This document shows, piece after piece, positions 11,050-23,200 of a stretch of 64,000 bases of DNA (the first letter of the stretch is position 1; every line of letters starts with the position of its first letter). Below the pieces are notes generated by a model. That model had not been told where the DNA came from and searched no databases. It saw nothing but the letters and a program-made list of their open reading frames with translations. Location: positions 531,053 to 595,052 of the forward strand of contig RHPI01001168.1 of the NCBI GenBank assembly GCA_009103225.1. The letters run 5' to 3'. The translations under genes and the position numbers were made by a program. The stretch comes from Chlorokybus atmophyticus (lineage: Eukaryota > Plantae > Mesostigma and Chlorokybus algae).

Positions 11050-11620
11050 CTGAGGAGCTGAGCAACAGCAAACTACGCATTGCTTTTGTTGTCACTGTTC
11101 CTTGGAGTGTGTCCAAGGAGGCTTTCGCCATCTCGAGGCGGATCTGGTGCTGCTCCTTCTTCTTCTTGTTCTTCTTCTCCTTCCTCCTCGCTTGCACAGC
11201 GGCTCCAGCCAAGTGCATTCTTTATGTGCCATGGCGACTGGGTCTGGTTCGCGTGCCTCTTTCTCTTTAAGGTCGGGGCTGAGCACGTAGGGCACAAGAG
11301 ATTTCTTGCCATTGGGCACAACTTGTTGAACGACAAAGGGCTGCACGTCTTTGTATTAACTGCGCTGCTCTGTCTTCATCTGGGCAACCATTGCGGTGAT
11401 GTCCTTGATATACCTCTTCTGAGTCAAGGCTGATTGGTACTGAAGTGTCGCCCGTCTCGCTCTTCAATACCCCATTAATATAAGCAAGTGCAGTGAGTGA
11501 ACTGTATGACAATTACTTGCTAGTGCGGATGCACTCAAGTGATTTATTGGTAGCAATAATGCGACCAATATATGTTACACTTATTGCAGTCTAATCGGCC
11601 TATGAATACCGTATTTATAA
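11050..11620 (-). pseudogene. Decayed paralogue of the last exon(s) of the 8056-9881 orphan gene
   Basis: INGVLKSETGDTSVPISLDSEE/YIKDITAMVAQMKTEQRS*YKDVQPF..SLVPYVLSP..DPVAMAHKECTWLEPL..EEEGEEE aligns by eye with VERILKGKDGDPLLAASIDTHEEYLSEINTMIMSMKREMRQRYAALQPF..SCVEYLKDP..DPLAEAEAAFDWLAQLSEEEEQ; has frameshifts and a TAA. Confidence 0.65.
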
Positions 11621-12299
11621 GTATGCCATGTAAACAAAAACAATTCAGAGAACCCATGGTTTCCTTAGTAAATACTATTGGTGGTAAGTAGAACTATATA
11701 TGTAGACATATACTATTCTCAAGGAAATTCCACAAGTTTAGCAGAGTGTATACTTACAAGGAAGGTCACGTCACGCAGCAGTGTCACAAAGTCATTATGT
11801 GACGCTGTTGCGCGACGCCACAGCATCACGCTGCTGCATGATGCCGCGTGGTTCACAATAAGTATACCTAATCTCACAGAAAAGATGCGGTGTAGTATGG
11901 TATACATTATGCACTTGCTCAATTTGTAAGTATATCATATACTTACATGCATGTAAACATATATAAACTTATATGAAGGTAAACATATTTGCCCCATAAG
12001 TATATGTTCACCAAGGACCAAGTATACTTATAAGGAGAGCAGACTGTACACATATTCCCCATGTGTAATAAGTATGGGTATGAAATGTAATTTTAGCTGC
12101 ATATCATCTTTTGGTTGTCCATGCTAAACGGTATTCAACGCGTTTTATTTACTTTTGTTTGTGCACATCAATTATGTCAACGCAATTCGCGCACCTTGAC
12201 GTTCTCATTATGCTGCCCCATCGTGCTACGTTGCGGATGTTGTGGGGCATAGTTTTGTTCCTGCACATGTAACCCCTAAAGTTGGCATGCGTAATAGGG

Positions 12300-13310
12300 A
12301 TAGGGCAAGGGATGGTAATAATGGTAGAAAGTGACACACAAAGGGAATATATATAGGAATAGGGAAAGGGAAAGAGAGAGAAGCTCTTTAGCATTCTCTC
12401 AGCAAACCCTACAATCGGCTGGCGTGATGGGTTGTATAACCTATGTGTAAAAAACATCTTATTCAATGATATGATATAATAAATGTCTTCTTCAACTTCC
12501 ATCCTGTCCTGCAAAGAGCTCATCCCCCGCCCCCCTCCCCCGCCCACGTGCATCAAGTTATGCTTCATTCTGCTTCCCAAAAGCTAATAATGGGTTGTCA
12601 ACAATCACCGGTTGCAAAGCTTCTGAATGGTAACGGTGATGCAGCAAATTGTAACAACCCCTGCGTAGCAACTGTTTGTAACTACCATTGATTGAAAATG
12701 GCCACACAAGCATCAAGCAAAGCACCAAGCCCCGGTAGCAAAGGAAGCGTCTCCTCGTCCTGCAAGGTCAAGCACAGCGAGGATGCACTTTGGGAATGCA
12801 ATGATTGTCACGCTGGGGGCGAAGGTAGAGCTAAGCAGATTTATGCTGAGATCTTGGTTGCTCAGACACATTAAACACAAGAAGCTTCAACGCTACAACC
12901 TTAAACGCCTCTGGCCGCAGCAAGCAAGAAGAAGAGAAGTGCGCCCGGGGGGGGGGGGGGGGGNNNNNNNNNNNNNNNNNNNNNNNNNNGGGGGGGGGGG
13001 GGGGCGGCTACCAGCAGAGTATATACTATTTGTTGGCAAGTAAACCCCACTGCTGGCGATGATTGGCTCAACTCCAATGCGATAGCAAAGTAACCAACAT
13101 AGCTCAACGGGCTTCTTTGTACATACTGCAAAACGCTATGTTTTCTAAGCACAACGCTATCAAGTAACAACATCCGGCATGCGCCTCTGATTGCGGTCCC
13201 TCTGACTGCCAGCATACAATGCACACGCAGACTACTCCAACAGTACCAAGTCACTAGCAAAAGCCGAATGTGTTCACGCAATACTGCTGCATCTACGCTG
13301 TTACCTGGTA
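12300..13310 (-). mobile_element. Possible highly decayed LINE (post-RT region) relic
   Basis: Only weak motif echoes (SPLSYVGYFAI, LPLLPGLGALLD, MEVEEDIYYII) with many stops, spanning an N-gap. Confidence 0.25.
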
Positions 13311-13318
13311 GTATATGG

Positions 13319-14207
13319 TCAATCCCTAGAGCCTTTGGCACCAAACCCCTTCCCAGGCGACATTGACATCGCCTTATCTTTTCGACCAGCTGCTTTAGCG
13401 GCCTTCTCTTCCTCCTCCTTCAGCTTTCGCTGATCCATCGAGTCCGCGATAGTAAGGTATACGACCTGTCATGCGTGGCAATCAGTGTAGTCCTGGCCAC
13501 AGGGCTTGCATTCCGAACAACCCAATCAAGAGCAGAACACCAAACCCCAACAATTACCATGCTAACACTCAATACTGGCTCTCCTTATGTGCATGCAACC
13601 ACATATAGAATTGCAAAGCCATATACTCCTGCATTGCGATTTCTGAGTCCATGCATTACAAATGGTGGTAAAGACACAATCACCAACAATGTATTTCGAT
13701 GCAAATGGTGTGAGCAAAGCTGGTGCTGCAAAACAAGAAACAGCCCCATGCAGGCGCAGTTGAGCAGCACTTGTGTCTCAGCACTCTGACTGCATGCAAG
13801 CGACACACACAAGGTACACGGCATCCGCAGCTATACACACGTACCCCAACAGTAAATATGACGAGCGCGCCAATAGCCACAATAAACAGGGTGGCCACAA
13901 GATTGAGAGGAGGCTCAAACTTCTCAGCCTCCGCCGCAAAGGCCGCGGGACTTACTGAAAGGCTTGGCAGCACCGCGGCGCCAGCGACCGCAGCTGCATG
14001 CCTTTCTTTCCTCCTCCAAGACAGCTTCCCCTCTACCCCAGCCTGACCCTCTGCCCTGACCACCACCGCCTGCCTCCTGTACCGCACGGAGACGCACCGC
14101 CTGAGAGAAAGCGCCGGTAACTCCCTCTGAAAGACGTCAGCAGCGATGGACAACGGCGGCCTCGCCCGCAGCGACGTTGCCGCGGACACCGCCACTGCCG
14201 CCGCCAT
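13319..14207 (-). CDS. Small plastid/thylakoid-targeted single-pass membrane protein (2 exons)
   Basis: Ala/Ser/Arg-rich transit peptide, AAFA cleavage-like motif, hydrophobic LVATLFIVAIGALVIFTVG; second exon VVYLTIADSMDQRKLKEEEEK..GKGFGAKGSRD* after CAG acceptor near 13468. Confidence 0.7.
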
Positions 14208-14680
14208 CGCCTGCAAGAGTGCCCAAGGCAAACGTCAAAGCAAAAATAAGCCCTAAGATGGATTCGGTTTCAGAGCACTACAACGGTGCCTTGTTGTTCT
14301 ATCCGGTTCGCAATCACGAGACGTTGCTTGCGTAGACGCTTCTTAAAGTACTGCTGGCAGTGTTTATCCATTGGCTGACAGCATGCCGCTTTATGCATGC
14401 CGTGCTCCGTTTATTCAACGTGCCATCACGCTGATGTGGCACGACAAGGTTAACCCAGTCACTTTCCGTGCCACTTCACAGTGAAGGGCTCGAGTCTTAA
14501 CTGATTTAAGGCCTGTGATGAACCGTTCACCACTGGACAGCGCTGATCTTGGTTATTGTTTGGCCAAGCCACACGCGGCATTCAGTGAGTTAACGCATGC
14601 GAGCGCTTAACGCTTTTGGTGGCATTGGTTGCTCTGCATGTTGGTGAAGTGGGCGTCGGCGGTGGCGTCGGCGGCAGCGG

Positions 14681-16684
14681 TTGGGGATGGTGGCCTTGAT
14701 GGACATATACGGTGAGAATGAGAACGAGGACGCCGACAAGGAGTACGCCGTGGTGAATAAGCTGGAGCAGGCGTTGGGTTTGGAGCAGGGTGTGAGAGGG
14801 ATGGAGCATAGCAGCGGCAGGTTTGTCAGCGCTGCGCAGGTAGCGGAGCAGCGGCGGCGACTTGAGAGCTCTTCTTTCGGCTCTTCCACAGACAATGACC
14901 GTGCCATTGCTGCGCTCCTGCAAGAGGAAATGGGGACGGATTCTCATGGCGCTGGGCCCAGCGGCCGCGTTGGCAGCCAGAGCGACGCTGAGCTGGCCTC
15001 TGTGCTGCAACAAGAAGAGGATCACGCGCACACTGCAGGTAAGCAGACGCCGAGTAGCATAACAGTAACCTCTCAATTCCAACATTGCCTGAGGATGCCT
15101 CAAGCAACGAATTGTGGAGCTTGTGCGAGGGGACTTAGGTTCACCGTACAATTGGTGTTGATTGGCACACTATGGTGCAGCAGCAGTGGCACTGCTGCAG
15201 CAAGTCCCTACTGGTAGCATATCAATGCGTGAATAGATATCCTGCTGGCATACTTAGATACCAAGTAGTGAACTAGAACGAAAGCTGCGCAGGTAAATGG
15301 CGCTGCTGGTGACACTGACCGGCACCAGCTTGGCATCCATGGGTCACATCACTCACAAGCGCATGTTGTTGTTTGCGCACATGCCTGAGGCGTCTGCGCA
15401 AGAAACAACTAGACCCTAGTATTGCCCAAGCAGAAGTTGTGTTGCGCTTAGCTACGCTTAGGGTGCTGGTTGGCTATACGGTGGTATGCTGTCGTGGGTG
15501 TGACGGTGCATGCGGTAGACTTTACAGGTAGCTGTAGCTGTAGCTGTAGTCCAGTAGCGTCCAGTAGCGTCAGGATCTGGTGTTCACGCCGCCTATGCTG
15601 ACTTGCGCACTGCTGCAGGCTCCCAGCCGGCAATGCCTTCGCAAAGCATGCAGGGCCGAGACTTGGCCATGACCGCTTCCCTTGCTGGCATTCAGACACA
15701 ACAGGTATGCCGACGCCAGTTACACTTGCAGCTCTTTGGCGTCATGAGTGAGTTTCACAGCATGCTGCGATTTAGCTAGTCGTTGAGCTTGGGACATGGC
15801 AGTATGCTAACAGCTTTAACTTCTTGCAGCATACGCCGCATGTCAACCTGACATTTCCAACTGCCACTCAAGCAGACATTGCCGCCCAGCGACTGACCGA
15901 AAGGTATGCAGCGCATTGCGCAAAGCATTCAAACCGAGTGCATAGTTGTTATACTCCCATGCAGTTTTCATATAGTTCATACATGGTCTTGATGTTGTTC
16001 ACATTCATGTCGATTGTGCAGTTCAGGCATGCCATCTTGCACCTTCATTTGCGAGTTGTACTTCTTGAATATTCCTGAACATAGTCACAGAGTTTAGTCT
16101 CGCTATAAAATTTGCACAACAAGCTGTGTATGCAATTCCTCATGCAAGTGTGGCGCAGGCTTTACCGCTTCGGTCTACGGCAGCTGCATATCATCGGGGA
16201 TGGCAACTGCCAGTTCCGTGCTGTGGCCGACCAGTTGTATCGAAATCAGGAGTTGCATCCGCACGTGCGCGCAGCGGCAACCAAGCAGTTGAGGGAGCAT
16301 CCTGAGTTGTACAGCATGTATGTGCCCGACAGCTACTTCTACTATGTTGTGTGCATGCAACGGCACGGCACTTGGGGAGATGCTCTGACACTGCAAGCTA
16401 TAGCGGATGCGTATGGCATGACTGTGTGCGTGCTGACTTCTTACCAACAAGCCACCACCATCGAAGTCACGCCGCGGAGGTCGCGGTCGCAGCGCACGCT
16501 GTGGCTGAGCTTTTGGGCTGAGGTGCATTACAACTCGCTCTACCCCGCGGCTGATCTTCCATTGGTTGCGGATTACCAGTCTGCTTATGGCCAGCGTGCG
16601 CTGCAGCCCAAGCTGAACAACAACAGAGGTTGGTTGAAAGCGCTGTTCGGGCGGTCTTCAAGGTCGCCAGTCATTTCTGCTTAG
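14681..16684 (+). CDS. OTU-domain deubiquitinase, plant OTU9-12-like, with UIM-like N-terminal segments
   Basis: IIGDGNCQFRAVADQLY..GTWGDALTLQAIADAYG..LSFWAEVHYNSLYP; N-terminal DRAIAALLQEE and DAELASVLQQEE; spliced. Confidence 0.9.
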
Positions 16685-16928
16685 GTCGGGTATTTTGGTA
16701 AGTCGTCAGCCAGTTACTGCGTTATTGTACACATTGTATAAAGGTTTTGCGCGGGTCAAGTTATCCAATACAGCTTGTTTGGCATTTATTAAGGCCTGCT
16801 GGCCAGGCCGTTGCCACTGAGATTATGCCCACACAACTATCCTGTGTTGTCTCAGTGCCACTGCACTGGTTGTGTTGTACTTACACAGCGTGGCCCACCC
16901 GATCTGCGGATCCTTCGCAGTTTTAGGT

Positions 16929-17289
16929 ACTTCACACTGTACGCTTATGTAGCAACTTGTCATGTTGCATTGGCGGCTGCGCGTGGGTCTGGGGTTGGGA
17001 TGGTTTTGGCAAGTAAAGTGCAGTTGCAAAATAAGGACCTTGGTTTCGCTCGTAGTACAAGGCATCAACTCTCGTAGCTTCAAAGTTGAAAAGAAGAAGA
17101 CGCAGTCACTTCACACTGTACGCTTATGTAACAACTTGTCATGTTGCACTGGCGGCTGTGCGTGGGTCTGGGGTTGGGATGGTTTTGGCAAATAAAGTGC
17201 AGTTGCAAAATAAGGACCTTGGTTTCGCTCGTATTACAAGGCATCAACTCTCGTAGCTTCAAAGAGTTGAAAAGAAGAAGACGCAGTCA
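16929..17289 (+). repeat. Direct tandem duplication, ~179-bp unit, 2 copies
   Basis: ACTTCACACTGTACGCTTATGT...GAAAAGAAGAAGACGCAGTCA at 16929 and 17108 with a few substitutions and a 2-bp indel. Confidence 0.9.
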
Positions 17290-17449
17290 CAGCTACTGAC
17301 CACTGACCACTGACATGGTCACAGCTGCTGACCCGGGCGACATGGACGTTACCAGACACCAACAATAGATACACTGATCAATGGTCGCTACTTGGAAATG
17401 CTACTTCTACTACTACTCTACCCAGCGTCTTGCAGGCCATCCAGCTCTC

Positions 17450-18905
17450 CCCGCACTCACTTCTTTGGTGGCCTCCTCGGTCTGAGTGTCCGCTCGGGGG
17501 TGCGGAGCCAGATCAGGAAGTTCTCGTAAGTTGGTGCAATGAGCTTGTCTATTTTGGACTTGTTGAAATAACGTTCGCATGGGTAGACGTTCCTCCAAGC
17601 ACAGTTAGCAGCTGTTCAAAGGCATGCTCAACAGCTTATGCAGAGTGGCACCTTGCGATAGGTGGTTCAATAACAGGCCGCTTGTGTGCAACTTTCCGAC
17701 CAAATGAAGCAGATGGCTCTGCGCGCAGTGCTCTCAACAGCTGGAGCTTGTTCATATTGCTGTGGGTCCTCACTCCTCGCGCTTTACACAGTGCATACAG
17801 CTCCATTTTGGTAATCTTCTCATACTGCATTGCTGGCAACACGTTACAGTTCAGTTCAGCAGAGGGTACAGTTCAAATCTAACCTGCCCAACTTACAAAC
17901 TGTGCAGCTTACCTGCGCGCTGTTCAGCTCCGGTTGTTCGCTGTGTAGCTGAGCTGATGAGCTTGTTTTGCGGACTGACCAGTTTACCTGCCATGGTTGA
18001 CAGCAACACGTCACGTCAGCAGCTATGCTGCTCCTAATCTGATCCAATCCAACTTGCAAGCTGGTCAGCTGACCTGCCTGCAAGTGTTAAGCCATCCAGC
18101 TGACTTTTGCTGTTTTGCTGTTCAGCGACCTCCGACCGAGGTTCAGTAGCTCAGCAGCGCATGGCATGCCCTGCCAGCAGTAGACACGCGAAGCGCTGCT
18201 TCTCAGTTGTCCACTACTCTCAAGATGTCCACTGACCAGAGGCGACCATGCGCCCTGCGCCAACGCAAGAACCACCGCCAGCTTCACAGCTATGCATGCA
18301 CTGTTTGCCACGACAGTGCCTACTTACATACTGCGGTTGCCGTAGCTCAAGCTCGAAGCGTACGTAGCATTCGTGAAAGCAGCATTTGCAGCATGCGCAT
18401 TTGTGTACGTTGTGTAAGTTGACTGAAGACTCGCATGACATCACACTCACATGCCAAATGCGCATTACACGTTATCAGTCACTACTCATCAGTCACTACT
18501 CAGTCACTTCTCTCACCAACGCGTGATTGCACGCCACTCATCATAGTGCATTAGCATTTCACGCAACCGGTCCTCCTTGTGAATTCACTCTTGTGTAATG
18601 GTGAGCATGAGCATGAGCATGAGCATGGCAAGTATGACACTTACCCGACGCCGTAATGTTGTCAGCTCGACCTCCAGGTACTCCACGGCGCCTTGTTCTG
18701 CAGAGAGCTCTGTTTGGAGCTGCTGGACGCGCCGCTTGACTGCGGCGATGGTGTACTTGAAGGCGTGGTCCTCCATGATGATGTCAATGATGTCGAGCTC
18801 CATCCGTAGGATAGAGTCGGCGTACTCCCGCCCAAGGTACTGCAACCCAAACCACCAACACATAAGCGCACGCATGCACCCGCATGCATGCATGTGGTAG
18901 AGCAT
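17450..18905 (-). CDS. Putative multi-exon gene: coiled coil + HeH (Rho_N/SAP-like) motif; exon structure uncertain
   Basis: Exon YEKITKMELYALCKARGVRTHSNMNKLQLLRALR after GCAG acceptor (~17827); coiled-coil exon AAVKRRVQQLQTELSAEQGAVEYLEVELTTLRRR|GTAAGT (~18645-18840). Confidence 0.4.
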
Positions 18906-20244
18906 TCGGAGCCATTAGTAGACAAGGCATAGCATCACACCGCACAGCAAAACAGAATAAACGGCCACAAGCCAAGCACAAACCCGCACAACCAAGCACA
19001 ACTTACACAACTACACTATGGGGGGCTGAACTCTATGTGCGTGCAATGGTATGTGCCAAGGTGGATGGCTTGAGCAAGGAGCAGCAGCTCAGCTACCTGT
19101 GTAGCACAGGAGAGAGGCGGAGGAAGAGGTTAGACCCGAGCGACCAGGACTTGACCCGTGGACCAGCCCCCCACTTGGCAATGGTGCCGCCAGCGTCTCA
19201 AGTATCAGTCTGACCCTGCAAAGAGATTGTACACAACGGCAGCAGGCAATGCCCGCGCCATAAAATATCCGTTGCAGTCATGAAATTGCCAATAAGGTCA
19301 ACAAGCAAAGCACGCAATAGATCACAATACTACAGTGGGCATGTGAAGTAATGCTCCCCACTGTGTTACTCACGGGGTGTGACAGCGGCAGTGGCAATGC
19401 AATGGTACAGATGTCTGAAAGTAGTGTCAAACGCATAACCTGGTCGAGTCCACATCACAGAGCGCATGTTGGTGTGCATGCATGCATGCATGCACACTAA
19501 CATGCATGCATGCACATCAACATGCATGGACCCTACCAGCTCGGCTACAGACAGCTCGGCTACAGACCAGCGGCCTTCTTGCCGCCCCACTCCACCACCA
19601 ACTGATACCCCGCTGCCCTAGGCCGCAACGTGCCCTAGATTGCAAGGTGCCGAGCACAAAGCGTGGACATAATATATTCTATGACAGGTTTCGTGTTCTC
19701 CCGGTTGCTCTGCACAATAGTGCATTGCTTTCTTTAGACACTCACAAGCGCGCATGCAGTGGTGCATCGCATGCGCGAACTGCGTCCAGAAAACATGCAC
19801 CATATGACACGTCTAGCCTGCAGACTGTGTATGAGAGCTAATTGTCGTCACTGCCTCTTTATGCATGGCCAGAAGGTTGCATGCAAACACCACACGGACT
19901 GCTTTCACAGATGACTGGCGTCAGCAATTTGCTCCAATGTCATCATTGATGACAGTGATGACTCATCAACTTACGTTGCTGCTACTGGAGGACTATGAGA
20001 TACGTATACTAATAATAATTACAAACAGGAGCACATGTTACAATCACTTGTGTGTAACACTTACACACAACCTATGCACAGCAAATACACTGTGGGGCAC
20101 TGAGGGAGCCTTCTGTACACACAGCAAATCCTCCCTGGGCATGCCATTGCCCAATCTTGGGCTGCCTATCATAAGTGCCTATGCCTATACCTCCATAGAG
20201 GGTGGCTTTCTGATCACCGGTGAGGGGACACGGGCTCTCAAGTG

Positions 20245-23200
20245 CTAGCTGGCAGCTCCAGCGCCCTGTAGTAGCCTTCGGACCAGTTTACGTGCAACAG
20301 AAACAATGCCTCCGTTTTCGTGGAAAAGTTCAGCGTTCTTCAATATTTGTTCAATGTCGTGTTTGACAGCGTCCAACTGCCTGTAGTAATTATTCTTAAG
20401 CCTTGCCTCAATCACTTTTAAAGCCATCGGCACGGCCACTTTTGACAAGTAGCCAGGAAGCTGCTTGGGGCGAACTACCTCTCTGAACCAGTCTTGTTTG
20501 CCACCAACACCATAGTATTCAGCCTCCTGAAATTAGAGCACAGGCAGCAAATCAGCTCCACAACCTTCCTTTGCATGCGTGCAACACGATCGCATGCCTC
20601 AGCAACAAGGCGAGTTCACAGTGTCTAAGTTGCATCCAAGCCTCCAGCAAACTCACCTCGTAAATATCTTCTATGGTCGCCTGCAGGACGCTAACTGCGT
20701 TATCGCTGAGGCGCGGAGGCTCCCAGCGTTCTCGCTGATACGTGTACATGTCCCAACAGCACAACCGACCTGACTCAAGCTCAGCATCTGCTGGTGAAGA
20801 CTGGTCGGTCTCTGAGTAGTGCAGCTCTTCGTGGTACTTTACAGAAAAGCGATCCCAAGGGCTATCTGGCCATCTTGAGTCGAATGGGCTTTCCTGAGTA
20901 ATTGTGGACTTGTACCACTTTTGAGTTCCCTCGTTCACCCACAAAGACCAACATGTGTCCCCGACTTTGAAACCACGCTTCTGCGCCGCCACATAACGGT
21001 TGTGCTCAACAATAAAGTCCGCAAATTCTTTTGTGTCATGGGGCAGCTCAAGTGTGAAGGTCCTTTTATGAAATGGGGAGGTTGTGTCCAACAACATCAG
21101 TGTCAACTGGCAGGCAGCTGTGTCGTCCCCCATCTTTGACAAGACATACTTCAGCTTCGTTACTTTGCAGTGTTCAACCGGCCGCAGGTCGCCAATGGTC
21201 TCTGAAGGTGGGCGCTCAAGATTGTCACGTGAGCTCGCCAGCCAGAGCTCGTGGCCTTGCCTGAAGTAGAACACCTGATCGCCTAGCTGGGGCACATACT
21301 GATTCCTCAATTTGCCATCGCTCAGCAGCCACTCATATGCAGCAGCAGGTCGTTCGTTCTCAACTTCAGACACCCTGACTTTGCGTTGGCGAGCAGCTGG
21401 CCGTTTGGACTTCGACCCTTTTGGTCTCGTGTCTGGTGGATCGGGCATCTTTCCTTTGCCTTTATCCGTGCGTATCAGCCTTGATGGCTGAGAGCTGAAC
21501 GGACCAGCGGGCCTTCGAGTTGCAAGACCTGCCTGGCTTCGCGTGCGTCTAACGCCATCGTCCTGAAACGTAAGTGCTGTTCAGGTGGTGCACAGCTGCC
21601 ACACTGATGCTGACAGCAATTTATTGGTAGAGAGTGCTATACCATGCATGCGTGACCATCAACATGTACACCAACACATAAGCCGATGGCTCACCTCATT
21701 TGGATCTTGTGTAACAACACCGTCGGCGTCTTCATCCTCTGCACTCTGTTCATCAACCTGCCATACGCAAATTGTATCAAGTCAAGATCTGTGCAGAGAG
21801 CCATTGCAGCAACAGTCCTGAGGCTGTTTTATTATGACATACATAACAATAACGAGGACTGCAGTTCGCATGAAACCCTGCCACAGTCTAGTACTGCTGC
21901 TCACCTCAAGGTCTTCTTGGTCTTCAAGGTCTGAGGCTGAGTTCTCGGTAAAGTCCAGATATTGGCGCGCCTTGCGGTGGTCCCTGCCAGACACGCTGGC
22001 ATGGACTGTTCTGTGAGATGGGCCTGCCTCCATTTCTTCAGCTTTGTGAGCATCCCGATTGCGTCGTGACCTCCGCAGTGTCAAGTCCTTCTGTGCAGAT
22101 GATATGGGTGATGCATCCTCTTGTGACTGCCTGCGCCGGGACCGTGTTGCCCTGGTATCTGCCTCATGATCTGGTGTCAAGCCAACATCACCGTTGAGTT
22201 CCGCGTAGTTGACGGCTGTCCGCACGCGTGTGTGCATACGGCCCTCACTTCTTGCTTGTCTTCTCTGCGATCTCTGTGATTGCTTTTTGGAGGCACGAGC
22301 CGTCTGCGGCTGGTCACGTACCCTGGCAAAAGAAGAAAGTAAACGGGCAGCAAACTTACTTTGCTTATTGCCATGTAGATGACAATATATGACAGCTATG
22401 TCATCCAGCATTGCCTACCGCTTTCGCTTCAGTAAACGACGAGGCCGCAAAGACATGCTGGCAGACACCTGCGCAGCCCTGTTGCGTGTGAGCCTGCATG
22501 CTGGAGTGTCATCTTCATGCGCGGAAGAACTTGAAGCCGACAGCTCTGACCTGCCATGTGCATAACACACTTGGCATGTTGCCCTCAGATGTGATGGCGC
22601 AAATACAGCTTAACATGCCGTTTGCCAATGGAATTGTTGCAGTCAGTTACCTATTACTATCACTGCTTGCAGATCGTCGTTCTGTATCCACATCGTCATC
22701 ATCCTCAGCATCCACCTCCGCATTGTAATCCTCGCTATCAGCACCGTCATCACTGGCGACTTGATCAATGGGCGTGACGTCCACTGAAGCCTGCAAGTCA
22801 CTCTGCTGAAAAGAGTTGACCAGCAACAAGCGCTCTGCAGCATCACGCTCAGCCGTTCCTGGTGACATCGGGCTTGGTGGAGTAATCATAGGAAGACCCT
22901 CGAGCTGCAGCCGCCTGCTTTGGTAAGCTTGTTGGTACTCGTCCGCGTATGGCACCCCCCAGACGTCAACAAGCAGGTCATGCTGCTGGCGAATGTGAGG
23001 CGGCTGATTTGTTTGCGCGTCCAGCACATTGCCATGAACGTCCCTGATCAGGTCCATGTAGTCTGAGCTGAAGAACTGATCATACTGCGCATGCGCCATC
23101 GAGCGTGCAGTGCCAGTAGAGTAGATGAAGATCTGCCCGACTTCATCGGATAGCACGAAAGACATCCCGTCTGGAGAGAAATGTCCGTCCACCAGCTTGT

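Noticed and set aside
13319-14207. PsbW assignment
   Set aside because: Lacks the PsbW mature signature (LVDERMSTEGTGL..GWIL).
14681-16684. Host OTU gene as source of the transposon OTU, or a functional ubiquitin gene cluster (OTU, RING, F-box, BRWD)
   Set aside because: The two OTU sequences share only the generic DGNC box; these domains are common, so co-location is probably chance.
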